A DNA stretch of 64,000 nucleotides from Amoebophrya sp. A120. Taxonomy: Eukaryota; Protista; Dinoflagellata. Below the pieces are notes generated by a model that worked only from the letters and a program-made list of their open reading frames with translations, did no database searches and was not told the DNA's origin. Position numbers and translations under genes: made by a program. Numbering within the stretch: position 1 is the stretch's first letter; every line of letters starts with the position of its first letter. The DNA lies in the NCBI GenBank assembly GCA_905178155.1, contig CAJINV010000014.1, positions 359,181 through 423,180 of the forward strand. Direction: 5' to 3'. Positions 36,643-54,769 of this stretch are shown piece after piece.

Positions 36643-38597
36643 TTAACGAAAAGCACCTCCAAAAGCGCCTCCAATAGTGCCTCCATGAACAGGCGAAGGC
36701 ATATGTCCTCCGTTCCCAAAATGGATATTCCCAGGATTGACATGCACGGCACCAGCACCACCGTTAGCACCTCCGGGGGGAGGAGCGACGTGGACGCCAC
36801 CACTAGGAGTGATATTCACCACACCAGCACCACCGGTAGCACCTCCGGGGGCAGCGACGTGGACGCCACCACTAGGATTGATATTCACCACACCAGCACC
36901 ACCGGTAGCACCTCCGGGGGCAGCGACGTGGACGCCACCACTAGGAGTGATATTCGCCACACCACCAGTACCACCGTTAGCACCTCCGGGGGCAGCGGCG
37001 TGGACGCCACCACTAGGAGTGATATTCGCCACACCACCAGCAGCACCATTAGTGCCCCCATTGTTTCCATCGCCGCCCGGCCGGGGGAACGGGGAAGGAA
37101 CAAGAGGCAGCACAGGAATATCCTCTCTAGGGACAGGCTGCGTCGGGGGCACGGCCATGTTGTGGAAGGTCCTGTAGGCATTCGCCAACTGTTGCAGCGT
37201 TTCGTTCATGAAATAAACCGGACTAGTATTTTTAGCTAGCAGCTCCTGCTCCTCTTCCGTCAACAACCAGACTTCCGGCATGTTCCACGTCCTTCCCTCA
37301 GTGTCGATCGCCGGGTATCTGCACAAAGCCTTGCTGTTCGCGACCACAAAGCCGGTCTCGAGGTGCTTCGTCTCACACAGAAGCACCTCGGGAATGTTGT
37401 TTGAGTCTTGGAAGTGAGTACTGGGATGCCCCTCGGCGTCGTTCCAGGCAGTGTAAAAGGCTTGTAGGTTGTGATTGGGAAACATCTTCGGGACCCGTTT
37501 CACTACCGTTTTCTCTGTGCTAGCATCTTCGTCTTGATGTTGGTCCCGCGCCGCAGTCGGCTCGTGATCCTCTTTATGCTGGCGCACTCGGGGAAGAAAC
37601 GAAGCAGTGGCTCCTTCTACCTTCGTTTCCTGATGTTGCACCACCGCAGCTGCTGCACTTCTGTGCGGTATCTGGTCCATGTCCACCGGCCAAAGAGCAA
37701 TTCTCCCGTCTATCGAGAGGAAATAAAACTGTCTCAGGTTTTTTCAAACTTCTATATTTGCGCAGGAACTCGTCCTTCTATGGTGCAGCGGCTTTTCTTT
37801 TTTTCTAGTTATTATGTTGGAGATGCAACTAGAAGGCCTCGGGTGGTCGTAGTACTTACTCTTCATACGTCGTGCTCGTGCCTCTACCTGTTGCAGCTGT
37901 TTGAAAAATTCGAAATCGAAACACGACCCTTTCTTGTGTTGCTGAGTCGATTTCGATCTGTGAAAATAAGGCTGAGACAGTTAAATGCTTTCCCTGCCAT
38001 ACTTTCGGGGCCGTCAGGTTGACCTCCGTCATGATCATCCCCCCCAATCGTGCAGCGGTTGAGTTTCTCCAGATTCAGCTCGCCACTCTCATCGCGCAAA
38101 CTCTGCAGCTCGACGTCGCACAGCTTTTCCGCCTTCTTATTTTCGTACGTTTGCCCATCGGATAACACAACCGGTTCGTGGAAACGATTGCTCTCGTCCT
38201 GGAGAAACGCATTAAGCGACCCGAGGTCCTCCCGGTTCTGCATCGCGGGGGGATCATTTTCTGGTTGAACTTCGTCATTACTGTTGTTCACCATAACAAC
38301 CACAACCGCGATGACCACACCGATAATGACGACTGCGGCGAGCACGATCAGGGTGATCACCAGCGGTTTATTCATCGAGCAAGAAGATTTTTTCTTCGAG
38401 ACAGGAGCTTCCTCTTCTTGGACTTCGAGTTCAGGCTCGTTATCCAAAAAAGCATCTCCTTCGCCCCCAGCAGCAATTTTGTCAGCATGACGAAAATAGT
38501 ACGACCCTTGGTCGTGCTCCTGCAGCTGCCGGCTAGGCGGCGGAGGTGCAGCGATCCCCGCCGCACGACGGTCAATAGTGGTGTTGTGAGACGACAT
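36643..38597 (-). CDS. Family member D: TM, 2 U-box-like domains, Gly-rich 23-aa repeats, no C-terminal domain (552 aa)
   Basis: ORFs 37884..38597 and 36643..37686 join across element 37711-38001 (GPE|RRIALWPV). Confidence 0.75.
36745..37050 (-). repeat. Coding repeat, about 69-bp units (GGAGVVNITPSGGVHVAAPGGAT)
   Basis: About 4 tandem copies. Confidence 0.9.
37711..38001. mobile_element. TIR introner element (degenerate)
   Basis: tat...ggaaa...aactgtctcag at both ends; DR ccgtc/ctttc. Confidence 0.72.
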
Positions 38598-40373
38598 TCT
38601 TGATGATGATGATGTCGGTTTGTAGTTTTTTTTTTTGGAAATGGTGAAAAAAATTGATGAAGGTACTACAGTTCTAGAGAGTTGTACTTCTACAGAATGG
38701 CAAATACAACAAAGCGGTCAGGAGAAGGTAGGTGTACTTAGGAACAAGAACCCCTGCACACAAGATGAGATTTATCATGTAGTAGACACAGGCACAGCAA
38801 CGTCCTCGGCCGAAAAAATCAAGATTCAGTTTTTTTTTCCAAACGCACTCGGACCACGACGGGTGGACAATTTTCATAAATTTACAAACATATTAAATGC
38901 GTAAAAGCTTACTTTGATCATATCTATGGTTATGGGATCGTCATCGAAATCGCGGCACATCTACATTTTCGCTAGCCCAGTACTTCTTTATGCTCTACTT
39001 GTGCTTCGGTTTCTTTTTTGATATGTTATCATTTCAATAGATCTTCACGACGGCGCTGACCTCTCTTTATCCGCTTCAGATCGACGATCGCTGTTATGAT
39101 CTTGTGTTCTTCCTGCATCGTGGCTGCACTACGAGGAGGACTTCTGGACTTTTCGACAGTTGCACAACCCCTGGTCGTGTTGTGCTTTTTGCCTTTGTTG
39201 ATATGTAATCCGTTTTTTCATCTGGAGCTTCCAGCTCACTTTCAGTTTGACAGCGGATCTTGTCGTAGTTGTTCCGAACATCAAGCAACAAAAACAATTT
39301 TCGCCAACATAATGGACCCGAGCGGGGACGAGGAAAAGAAACCATAAAAATTTTACTTTTTTCAAAACAAGACTTTATTTCATTCCGGGTCAAATGCGGG
39401 AGGTCGAGACTTTATTTCATTCCGTGTCTATGTATAATGGTGCATACGCTCTCTCGATCATTCGGATTTCCGAACAATTGGTATGTTGTGCTTTACATCA
39501 TGAGTAGTTTTCTGATTGTGCGCCACTATGTATGTTTCATGTCTACTATGAAGATCAAGATGTATGTGTAGTACTGTCTGTCTACTATAATACTGCTCGA
39601 TTGTACACGACGTGACGCAGCTTTGCTCTCATCTTCTCACCACCCCTGTGATTGCGGTGGCATAGTATTTTTTTTTCAGATGATTATACAGTAGTTATGC
39701 TGGATGTAGTATGTTGTAGCGATTTTTTCCATTTTCCAAGCGTAGCGATTAAATTTTCCGCGATTAACTTTTCCATGCTATTAAAGTACATCCTTTCTAG
39801 TAAATTTTCCACGGGGACGGGCGGGCGCAAGAGTTCTCCAGGTGTTTGTGGTGTTGTTCTATCTTGACAACAATCAAATAACACAAGGGTTAGTAGTCCA
39901 GGGAGTTCAAAACTCGACTCAGAGAAGACGACGCGCTAGGGGTGCGTGGCAATGGGCAAACTTATGAATGTTGAATCGTTGAGTGCCTTACCCAACAACT
40001 GACTGGAGCAATTATAAATGAGTTGTAAAACTAAAGAATTATACACGAAGAACCTTGATAACTATACACGAAGAAACTTGATAGTAGAAAAGTACATGCT
40101 GTAGTGGAGTGACTCTGACCCAAAACTGTACCGCCCATTCTCACTTTCAAAACAAGTAAAACTCCTGCGCCGAAAAGAACTACTCGCCGCACTTCCCAAC
40201 TCTAGCTCAATCGAGTCGGAGGGCCCGCTATACAGGTAGGTCGTCCAGACCCCCTTTTCGTTTTTAGGAAAACAAAGCGATAGGAGTTGAAGTTGTTGTG
40301 CCCTGTGGATGTGCTACGTCTTGTTAAAAACATACCGCCAAGATATTTTTAGTTTTGCTTTTCAATATACTAC

Positions 40374-43978
<3,605 letters not shown>

Positions 43979-45342
43979 AATTGTAGTTGCTCTCTGAAGA
44001 TTCTGCTGGGTAGAAGTACCAATCACGTAGACACAAATTCAGTGCAAAATCTGTTTGACTCGAAGAAGCCTTGGGTTCTTTATTAGCTCTATTCCAAAAC
44101 TAGACGTAGACTTACTTAAGTACACACTCAAAACAAAAATATGAAAAATCGGTTTATCGTAGTAGCTTCTTTGAATATTTCTTGACGCTGAGGAACAGGA
44201 TTGCTTCTCTAATAACAGTTCAATATAGATAATTCTGTCGAAAGAGAAGAATATTGTACAAAACTAGCAGCAACAGCACTTTTCCAAAAGTTCCTGTAAG
44301 ATCACATTCACACCAGAAAAAAATATAGTGCGTGAGATTGCAGTGATTGTTTTTTACTCGTTTTTATTGCAGAGCGGTAGATCTTCATTTCGCAAGTGGA
44401 AGGATTGTGATCTCACGATCTTCGCTTTTGTTCTTGAACCATGCGTCGTGCACTTGTTCTTCATGAGCATCCACTATTTACTTCCCTCTCTCTTGATCTT
44501 GCAGCGTCTCGATCGACAAATGCTGATGCTCGCACCAGGAGAGGCAATACTTGGAGGCCCGCTTATTTAGCGTTGTCTCTCGTCCTGGTGCCGTGATCAT
44601 TATATCTCGATCCTACCACTCTGTTTCCTGATCTCGACCAGCAATTTTATTTTATCGTGAAAACCCGGCCCCGAGCCTGAGTCGGTTTTGTTCTGTACGT
44701 CACCCTGGCCTGTGCTGATTTGGCCGGCGGGTCGTGGTGTTCTTGGAGGAGCTTGCACAGCAAGATCAAGATCTATTCTCCTGTTCAGTGTTGACATTAA
44801 GACTGTTTTCGCATACAAATCAATAAGAGCTTGAACACGCTTGCCTCCAGCGTCGTTCCGGGCAGGGAAACTGCTAATTTGGATTCAAGTGCAACTAATA
44901 GGATGTGAGTACAAATTCTTTTCATGATGTTCTCTCCTCTACTAGGGTCCTGCTGGCGATGTATATAACACTCCTTCGCATTCACCAAAATGAAAATCAG
45001 ACACATCGTACTATCTATAAGTAGGTCATCCAGACCACCTTGTGTTTCTTGGGTACAAAACCCACCTCGTTTAGCAAAACATGTTGTACTTCTTGGGTAC
45101 AAAACAAAGAAATCCCTCGCTAAGCAAGCACTAAATACTTACTTTACTCCTGCGCTACACAATAAGTCTTGATTTGACCAAACAGCAACATCAATAAGCA
45201 TTGTGTCGTGGGGAGTGGTTCTAATTCTAAAATATGACCTCACTACATAAAAGAAATCGGAGCTGTTTTTGCGTGGTATGAATATCACCTACTACTTGTC
45301 GTTTGTGAAATACAGTACGACCTCCGTAGTTTTCTCTTTAGA

Positions 45343-46164
45343 ACTCAAACATTTCCCCAGGTCTGATCCCTGACCATCGCGTTGAAGCTGCCCACACAAT
45401 CCGCGAAGTGGGGCGACACGTTGTTGCGGACGTCCCACAGATTGTCCACCAGTGCGCGGAGCCCCAAGTCTGTCTATCAAGTGCAAAAGTGCTTGGGTCT
45501 GGAAAGGTGTAGACTTGTCACGCAGATTTTCCATGACCCATGAGGCCTGGAATGCGGGACTTAGCATGACAGAATCTGCGAGGTCTCTGCCATGCCTAGT
45601 ATCCTGCATGAGAAACTCCCTTCCACCTTGGTCAAAAGTGTGCCGCTTTTGGCACTCATGCAACACGGATTTTTGCATGCTTCAGATTTACAACCATGAC
45701 AAATTGCAATCTTCCAGACCCTGACCCAGAGATTTTTGCAATTCATACCGTCTCCCCGGTTCCAACATTCACCGCTCCGTGGGCCTGGAAGATATGGTGC
45801 AGCTGCGCTCGCAGCAGCATCCACTCGGTGACGCCGACGAGGCAGATGGTAGAGCGGATGCGGGTCACATCGTTAGGAATTAGGTTGTCACCGGTGTCGC
45901 ACGGAGTTCCTTCCCCGAGGACGCAGCCGCCCGGAATCTGGAGGTCCAACTGCGTCGCGACGAGTGACCGTGGAGGGTGATGATAAGCGGTTTATCTTTG
46001 GATTTTCTATTCTTGGCTTCCGTGGAGCTTCTATATTCGGGGTGAAATTCGTGCTGCCCTGTCAAGACCCTCTCGCCCTCACCCACCGCAGCCGCACCAT
46101 ACCCGCTGCGTCCCTCCTGGTGACGGTGCGGCGCGGTGACTGTGAGCAGGTCTCTACGCGTCAT
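45343..46164 (-). pseudogene. Internally deleted family copy
   Basis: N-terminal sequence (KPLIITL) fused out of frame near 45970 to the last-exon sequence. Confidence 0.7.
45475..45747. mobile_element. TIR introner element, main family, absent from three paralogous sites
   Basis: TIR; DR ctgtc/ccgtc; empty sites near 29456, 40499 and 48867. Confidence 0.93.
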
Positions 46165-46811
46165 AATTGTAATTTCTCTGTGAAGTGATTTCTGCGGGGT
46201 AGAAGTGCCAAGCTATCACGTAGACACAAACTCAGCGTAAATAAATCTGTTCGAGTTCGACTCGACGCCCTGGATTCTTTCTTAGCTCTATTCCAAAACT
46301 AGACCTTGTTTGTTTGTTAGTAATGGAGTCGTGGTTTTCGTGTGAAGGGTTCACCTTCGTCCTCGTACGATGCTACTGCTAGTTCAAGAAAAATACTAGG
46401 TGGCTACAGCAGCTTTGGCCTCGTAAGTAAGCCTGAGAAAAAGAAAAAGTAAAGATACAGGAGAGCTATTTTTCGTCACTAGAGAGAGGCTTTTCGAAAG
46501 TTACTAAAAAGTCGAAGTTATTTGTTTGTGAAAAAAGAAAAAGTTTTTCAACGTAGGAGCTGTTGTTTCTGAAAAAGTGAAGTCTATATCTGCGAGAAAG
46601 GTTGATTTTGTTTCGTGATGAAAAGAGGAAAGCTACTAAGTTATTCCTGGTTGAACTTGTGTTGACCAGCTGGAAGTCAAAACTAGACCTTCTTCTACAC
46701 ACTAAATATGAAATATCGGTTTATCGTAGCAGTTTCTGTAAATATTTTTCGACGCAAAGGAATAGGAGTGCTTCTCTAATAACAGACTCAAGTAGACGTA
46801 GAAACATAAAG

Positions 46812-47101
46812 AAAACCGCGACAACAGCACCGATAACGAGGCCTGCGGCAATCACGATCAGGGTGACGATAAGCGGTTTATTTTTGGACCAGCAATTTCC
46901 ATTCTTAGCTTCCGTGGAGCTTCTATTTTCGGGTTGAAATTCCTGCTGCCCTGTCAAGGCCCTCTCGCCCTCATTCGCCGCAGCCGCATACCCGCTGCGT
47001 CCCTCCTCTTGACGGTACGGCGCGGTGACTGTGCGGTCTTTACGCGTCATAATTGTAATTGCTCTGTGAAGTTGTAGAGTCTGCGGGGTAGTACCAATCA
47101 C
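46812..47101 (-). pseudogene. Truncated family copy (duplicate of 34640-34932)
   Basis: Same breakpoint and read-through peptide FFMFLRLLES. Confidence 0.65.
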
Positions 47102-48741
47102 GTAGACACAAACTCAGTGCAAAATCCATTCGACTCGAAGCCTGCTTAGATTGTTCTTTAGTAGCTCTATTCCAATAAAACTAGACCTTCTGCACACTCA
47201 AAACACAAATACCTATGAAAAATCGGTTTATCGTAGCAGCTTCTCTAAATGTTTCTCGACGCAGAGGAACAGGATGGCTTCTCTAATACAGACTCACGTA
47301 GAAAGTGGATAAAGAAAAAAATCAAAAAAATATTGTACAACAAAACTAGCAGCAACTTCCATCAATTCCTGTAAAACTAAAATCACATTCACACCGGTAG
47401 GAGAAAAAAAAAGTGCGTGGAATTGCAGTGATCATTGTTTTTCACTCGTTTATTCTTGCAGAGCGGTAGGTTTTGATCCCGGAAGCGGAACAATTGGGAC
47501 TTTTCGACAGTTGCACAACCCCTGGTCGTGTTGTGCTTTTTGCCTTTGTTGATCTGTGATCCGTTTTTTCATCTGGAGCTTCCAGCTCACTTTCAGTTTA
47601 AGAGCGGATCTTGTGGTAGTTGTTGCGAACATCAAGCAACAAAAACATTTTTCGCCAACATAATGGACCCCAACGGGGACGAGGAAAATAAATGGATGGA
47701 ATTCTTACTTTTTTCAAAACATCAAGACTTTATTTCATTTCGGGTCTCGCGGGAGGTCGAGCTCCCAAAATAACTGTCTATCTATGGTGCATGCGCTCTC
47801 TCGATCGTTCAGATTTCCGAACAATTGGTATGTTGTGCTCTACATCATGGATAGTTTTCTGATTGTGCGCCACTATGTATGTTTCATGTCTACTATGAAG
47901 ATCAAGATGTATGTCTATGTGTATCTTGCTACTATAATACTGCTCGATTGTACATGACGTGACACAGCTTTGCTTTCATCTTCTCACCACCCCTGTGATT
48001 GCTATGGCATTGTTTTTTTTTTTCAGATGATACAGTAGTTTGTTATGCTGGATGTAGTATGCTGTAGCGATTCCATTTTCCAAGCGTATCGATTAAATTT
48101 TCCACGATTAACTTTTCCATGCTATTAAAGTACATCCTTTCTAGTAAATTTTCCACGAGGACGGGCGGGCGCAAGAGTTCTCCAAGTGTTTGTGGTGTTG
48201 TTGACAACAATCAAACACAAGGGCTAGTAGTCCAGGGAGTTCAAAACTCGTAGAACTCGCCTAAGAAAAGAGGACGTGCTAGTGTTGCGTGGCAATGGGC
48301 AAACTTATGAATGTTGAATCGATGAAGGACTCACCCAACAACTGACTGGAGGAATATATGAGTAAAGCTGAAGAATTATACACGAATGATGATGATTAGT
48401 TCGAGCTGGGCTCGGCACACGCACAATCATACACGAATAAAGTTGATAATACATGAAAAATACGTGCTGCTGTAGTGGAGTGACTCTGACCCAAAACTGT
48501 ACCGCTCATTCTCACTTTCAAAACAAGTAAAACTCCTGCGCCGAAAAGAACTACTGGCCGCACTTCCTAACTCTAGCTCAATCGAGTCGGAGGGCCCGTT
48601 ATACAGGTAGGTCGTCCAGACCCGCTTTTCGTTTTAGCAAAACAAAGAAATAGGAGTAACTCCCTTGAAGTTTTTGTGCCCTGTTGATGTACTACGTCTT
48701 GTACTTAAAATACCGCCAAGATATTAGTTTTATACTACAAC

Positions 48742-51570
48742 TCAAACGTTCCCCCAGTCCTGATCCCTGACCATCGCGTTGAAACTGCCGACGCAATCCG
48801 CGAAGTGGGGCGACACGTTGGTGCCAACATCCCGTAAATTCTCCATCAGTGCGCGGAGCCCCAATTCCGTCTCCCAGGTTCCCATATTCACCAATCCGTG
48901 GGCAAGGAAAATTTGCTGCAGCTGCGCCCGCAGGCGCTTCCACTCGTTGACGCCGACGAGGCAGATGGTGGAGCGGATGCGGGTCACATCGTTAGGAATC
49001 AGGTTGTCGCCGGTGTTGCACGGAGTTCCGTCTCCGAGGACGCAGCCGCCCGGGGTGGTGATGTCAAGTTCCGTCGCGATGATGGACTTCGGCGACGTGT
49101 CCTCGCCGGTGGCCCGTAAATTGTCGAGGTCCCAGACGTTCTGCAGATCGGGCTCGTTGCAACCATGACCATTAGACCACTTGCCATCGTGGGCAAAGCT
49201 GCAGCGCTCACCATAGTCAGCGTCCCGCGCCTCCGCCCGGTTTGTGTCGGGCGGGGTGGGCGAGCGTGTCGGCATCGGGCGGTCGGCTTTGACAACGCGG
49301 TAGCGGTGTCCGGCACGCAGGCTGTTCGCGGGCGTGTGCCAGGCACGATTCGGGCCGTCGTTCCCGGAGTGGAGGCCGTCCGAATGCAGAGGCTGATACT
49401 TGACGCAAACGTTGTCGCCTTGAGCACCGGCTCTGAGCGGTTGCCGAGCCCGAGGATCATTTATCGCGGCCTCGTGAATTAAGCCAGCCGGAATCTGCAC
49501 GGTAAAAAAATTCCACACTGATCCGATGCGCAGATTGAAAACGAAGTGAGGCCCGGCGAACAATTGCATCGGGTCGTACGTCGAGACTATGGGGGCACGG
49601 AAGAAAAACTTGTACGGAAAGGGACTCAAATGGGGCTCTTTCTGAGTCCACGGAACCGGCTGCCCATCAACGGCAGTGACCTGCGTGAAGGAAGTCGACG
49701 ATTTTCATTTTCGTCTTCGTGGCAGAATTTGCATTTCGCAATTCGAGTTTCTTTGTCGGATACTCGTCAGACATAAATCGTTCCAAACAAAGGGCTGCAA
49801 GAGACGGTAGACACTCGACCGATGCGCTGGCAATTACTTAATGGCTGAAGAGTTACTATTGGTACATACTAGAAGCTATGTATCATGCATCTTTGGCCTT
49901 GTCGCCCAATCCGAATTTTCTGGGGGTTCACGCTGAGTGCAACAATACCCACTTTGCACGACTATGACTTCTGTACGCAAAAAGAATGAAAAGGGTACCG
50001 GCTGGCGCAAGCTCGTGCTTCCAAAAGTGGGCCCAGCAAGGGAAGCCAGACTGTCTTGCAGCACCTCTACAAGAATCTCCGGTTCGTGGTTGGCGTCAAA
50101 ACGAAACTCGAAGTGGGTTGCTGCAGCAAGTGCCTTTGGCGCAGGCGGTACGGATGACGCAGACGTTGCGGCTGGCGTAGCCGGTGCGGTAGGCGTAGCC
50201 GGTGCGGTTGGCGTAGCCGGTGCGGTTGGCGTAGCCGGTGCGGTTGGCGTAGCCGCTGCGGGTGGTGTAGACGGTGCGGTTGGCGTAGCCGGTGCGGTTG
50301 GCGTAGCCGGTGCGGTTGGAGTAGCCGGTGCCGTTGGCGTAGCCGGCGCGGTTGGCGTAGCCGGCGCGGTTGGCGTAGCCGGTGCGGTTGGCGTAGCCGG
50401 TGCCGTTGGCGTAGCCGGCGCGGTTGGCGCAGGGGGCCCCTGCGGGAGGTCATCTCCGGGATTCAATTGCGGCGGGATAGGCAAGCTGTGAAACGTCGCG
50501 TAGGCAATGGTCAACCGTTGCAACTTTTTGTTCTTGACAAAAGTCGCATGTCCATTCAACACCTCGCCTTCTGTCAAAACCCACACTCCCGGAATGTTCC
50601 AAGTAATTCCGTTTGTATCAGTGGCCGGGTAGTGGCACAGACCCTTGCTTTCCTCGTCCACAGCGCCCGTCTGATAGTCTTTCGTGTGGCACAGAAGCAT
50701 CTCCGGCATTTCGTTGGGGTTTTGGAAGTAGGAACTACTCGGGTGATGCTCCGCGTCGTTCCAGGCGGTGTAAAACTCCTGCAGTTGCTTATTGGGAAAC
50801 ATCTTCGGAAGACGCTCCACCGTTTGGTCGTCAACTTCTTCCGCTGGGCCGTCTCTCTTATCCTGTTGTTCCGCCAGCGCTTGCTGCGATTGCAGAAACG
50901 AAGACCGGGCCGCCGCTGCACCTTTTCGCTGCGCCAGGCTCGCCGGTAGTTCAGCCATCGGCCAATCGCCCGATAGCACCACAGTCCTCTCGCCACCCCG
51001 CTCGTCGGCCGCAATTCTGCAGGGCCGGTTCAGCTTTTCCAAGCTGAGGTCCTCACCATTCTCCTCGTACAGACTCTGCACGGAAACGTTGCAAACCTTC
51101 CGCGCAGCCTGCTTTTCGTAAGTCTGCCCATCGGATAACACAACCGGTTCGTGGAAGCGGTTTTTTTCGTCCTGGAGAAAGGCATTCAGCGACCCGAGGT
51201 CCTCCCGGTTCTGCATCGCGGGGGGATTATTTTCATGTTGAACTTCGTCATTCGTCTTACTGTTGTTCAGCATGACAACCACAACCGCGATGACCACACC
51301 GATAATGACGACTGCGGCGAGCACGATCAGGGTGATCACAAGCGGTTTATTCAGCGAGCAAGAAGATTTTTTCTTCGAGAAAGGAGCTTCCTCTTCTTGG
51401 ACGTCGCGTTCAGGCTCGTTATCAAAAAAAGCATCTCCTTCGCCCCCAGCTGCAATTTTGTCCGCATGACGAAAATAGTACGACCCTTGGTGCTGCTGCA
51501 GCTGCCGGCTAGGCGGCGGAGGTGCGACCCCCGCCGCACGACGGTCAATAGTGGCGTTGTGGGACGACAT
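48742..51570 (-). CDS. Family member C (836 aa, 2 exons) with short PATPTA stalk
   Basis: ATG at 51570; canonical intron 49681-49998 (CAGCCG|gtaccc...cacgcag|GTC). Confidence 0.8.
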
Positions 51571-51940
51571 TCTTTTGATGATGTCGGTTTGTGTAAGTAG
51601 TTTTTTTTTTGGAAGTGGTGAAAAAAATTGATGAAGATACAGTTTTAGAGAGAACTTTGTACTTCTGCAGAATAGCAAATCCAAAGCAGTCAGAAGCTAG
51701 TTGTACTTCGGCGCAAGAACCCCTGCACACAAGGTGATATTGATCATGTAGTAGACACAGCAACGCCCTCGGCCAAAAAAATCAAGATCTCATTTTTTTT
51801 CGAAACGCACTCGGACCACGAACAGTGGACACAATTTTTCATAAATTTACAAATATAAATGCGTCGTATGGTTGTGGGATCAGCCTCGTGAAAAAAATTT
51901 CGCTAGCCTATTTCTTTTGCTCCACTTCGTTTTCTTTGGT

Positions 51941-52965
51941 TACAGGATTTGGGTCGCCCTAAAGGGCGACCCCTTGGTGGCCGGTCCTAGGAGTCTGGAC
52001 CGGAACGAATGAAAGCAGGTAGGGCGATGCCGAAAATGTTGGGAGAAAGAGAGACCGCAAGAAGGGGGGCGCGCCTCAAAGTAATAGGCTAACCGATACC
52101 GCAAGGGGAGGGCGCGAAAAGATTCCAGGCGGGCCGCTTGCTTCCGAGCGGGCCGGCCGTCTTACTCACCTAGACGACCGCCCCATCCGGCGTTGGTAGC
52201 CGGCTTGTGCCCGGGCTTTGTTGGTTCCCAAGCCAACCCGTCGCCTGCGCCCAGGCTTTACTGTTTCGTTGCTATACCACGGGCCACGGGGTTCGTACCA
52301 ACCTCGGACGGGCGACAAAGGAGCGAACCATCGGCCGGCGGCCTTCGGCCGCCCAAAAGGGCAAAGAAAGGGGCGTGGCCGCAAACATGAAGCCGGGCGG
52401 AACAGAAGAGGCAGGGGCCTCTTGGATGTTTGCCGGCCGGCAAGTTCCTAGCGCAAGCGACCCTTCGGCCGGCGGCCTTTGGCCGCTCCACTTGGCAGGG
52501 GCAAGGCAACGCAATACATCAAGCCCAGGGCGGCAAGCTCCTGCTAGCGCACAGCAGCCCGCAGGCACCAGCAGCGGCCCCCTCCGCTAGAAGCAAACAG
52601 AGCGGAGGCACTTCCCCCAATGTGACGCGGGTGCGCGGATTGTTCCGCCCTTTCTCCCCCCTTAGTTGTTGGCCTGCCATAACGTCGTTGTTGGTTGTGG
52701 TGGGTCGTGGCCTTCGGGGACTCCGCCTCAAGTCCCAGGGGGGGGTCCAGGGGGGGGCAACCCCCCGGGGGTCCCCCCCCCTTTGGCCCCCCCCTGGGGG
52801 GGGGACCCCCCCCCCTGCCAGGAGCGGATTCCCTACTTTTTGTCCGGTCCAGATTTCCGGATTCCTTTTCGGCCATTATTGTACTTTTAATCATGTAATC
52901 GCGTTGATCTCGTCCATCATTTGATTTTTTGGCGTTCTGTTCTTTCTGTCCTTTCACAAGCGAGA
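51941..52965. mobile_element. GC-rich insertion of about 1 kb with hairpins and G/C runs (ends approximate)
   Basis: Flanks resemble the nearly contiguous paralogous sequence at about 38980-39100; hairpin gggtcgccct-aa-agggcgaccc at 51951. Confidence 0.55.
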
Positions 52966-54769
52966 TCACGTTAATGATTTCTTTTTATCCACCGCTTCAA
53001 ATTCACCTCGACGATCGCTGTTATGATCGCTTGTATTCTACTTCTTGCATCGTGGCTGCACGACGAGGACTTCTGGATTTTTCGACAGTTGCACAACCCC
53101 GGGTGTTGTGCTTTTTGCTTTTATTGATCTGTGATCTGTTTCATCTGGAGCTTGCAACTCACTTTGTTCAATTTCAGGAGCGGACCTAAGAACTACAAGC
53201 GTGTCCTCCCTGTTAGTTCGCTGTGTTGCTGCTGACAGACTGGTGCCTTAGAGTCTTCATTTTCTGGGAAACAGGACAAATATCATGTTGTGCCTGCTTT
53301 TATTCGCCAACACCATACGATACATAGATGATGCTTTATTCTTGCAAAACGACAAGTTATCATTTTCCGGGTTGCGGGTGGTCCAGAACTGTCTAGGTAG
53401 AAATAATTTGCTTCAGCACATGATTCACAATCACCTCCTCGCGACTAAACCTTGCCTCCCGGTTGGAAATAGTTCGAAAACATTTTCGAACTACTCGACC
53501 ATCATGTCCATCATGCTCTAACTAGCTGCACACCTGCCTAGAAAAAAGTGCAGTTAAAACAAGTGAAGCGTTCCATTTCTAGGTGCTTTTGATTTTTTTC
53601 ACATATTTTTTCTACACACATGTATAAGTAGTTTTTTGATCGAAATAAAACTTGGCGATCATCATCTTCTGGAATTCGACCGAGCCTCACGTGAGCAGCT
53701 CCTGAAGATAGCAGATGATATTCATCTCCTTGTTTAGTGCAAACGCAATACAACACCTTCTCTTCAGAGGACTTCGGTACTATTTCCAAGTTCGAAATGG
53801 AAAAGGTGGCCCACAACTAATTTCAAGTACTTCCGAAAGTAGGTACTTAGCGCTGCAGTGTTGCAGCCCCTCCTGTAATCGAACAAGAAATTTCTAACTA
53901 TCACTGCTCGCGCTTTTGCTTTTAGTTTTCGAGGTCGAAATAAATACATTGTACACGTAGGGCTTGGACGTTGTTCTTCTATCTTGATATAACAAATATA
54001 AAATTATCCACGTAGGGCTGAAAAAGAAAAACGCGAAAGTTGTTGTACAGCTTATGTTCAGTTAGGAGAAGGTGATGTCTCGCCAAAGCTTAAATTTCTG
54101 GCGGAAGTAGCGGTGAAGAGATAAAAAAATACACGACACAATCACAACAATCTGCTCCACTGGTGTAGGCTCATCACGACGGTCCTTCGCCTCTATCTTC
54201 CTCTCTTACATCAACAAGTTCCATAAGCTTCACTAGTTCTTGTGCTTTAATACGAGTTATGTTTACCGAAGTAGATGTCCGCATACTAGTTGGACCAAAT
54301 AAAACAAACTTCGATCGAGAGAGATAAAAGTGCTGCCGGCGATCTCTTCATGTTAGCACCCATACTTCTGCACCAACGATGGAGCTAGATTTCATACATA
54401 GTTGTGCCAACATTCTAGAACTGGTGATGATATTGGTACTACTAATACGGTGTATCAAGAGATAACTAACACTCGATATTTGCGTCCATTATCCACTGTG
54501 TCAAAACTATAGGAAAAACCAGATCAAAAGTAATAAACCCATTGAATCTCCTCGAGGGTCAGCGCGCGCCCTCCTGTCCAGCCGCCCAAGAACTTCTTTG
54601 GACGTGGTCGTTGAAAAGCTTCAAGAGTAGTTGTGCCGACTTGTTGTCAGCATATCTGTCGTCCTTTGCAGCCATTCTTGGAAATTCTTGCGCACAGAGG
54701 AATCTTCGTGCTACTGCTAGTTCCGGAGAGGTAATATCAACCTGAGATGATCCCCGCAAGCGCGGCATC

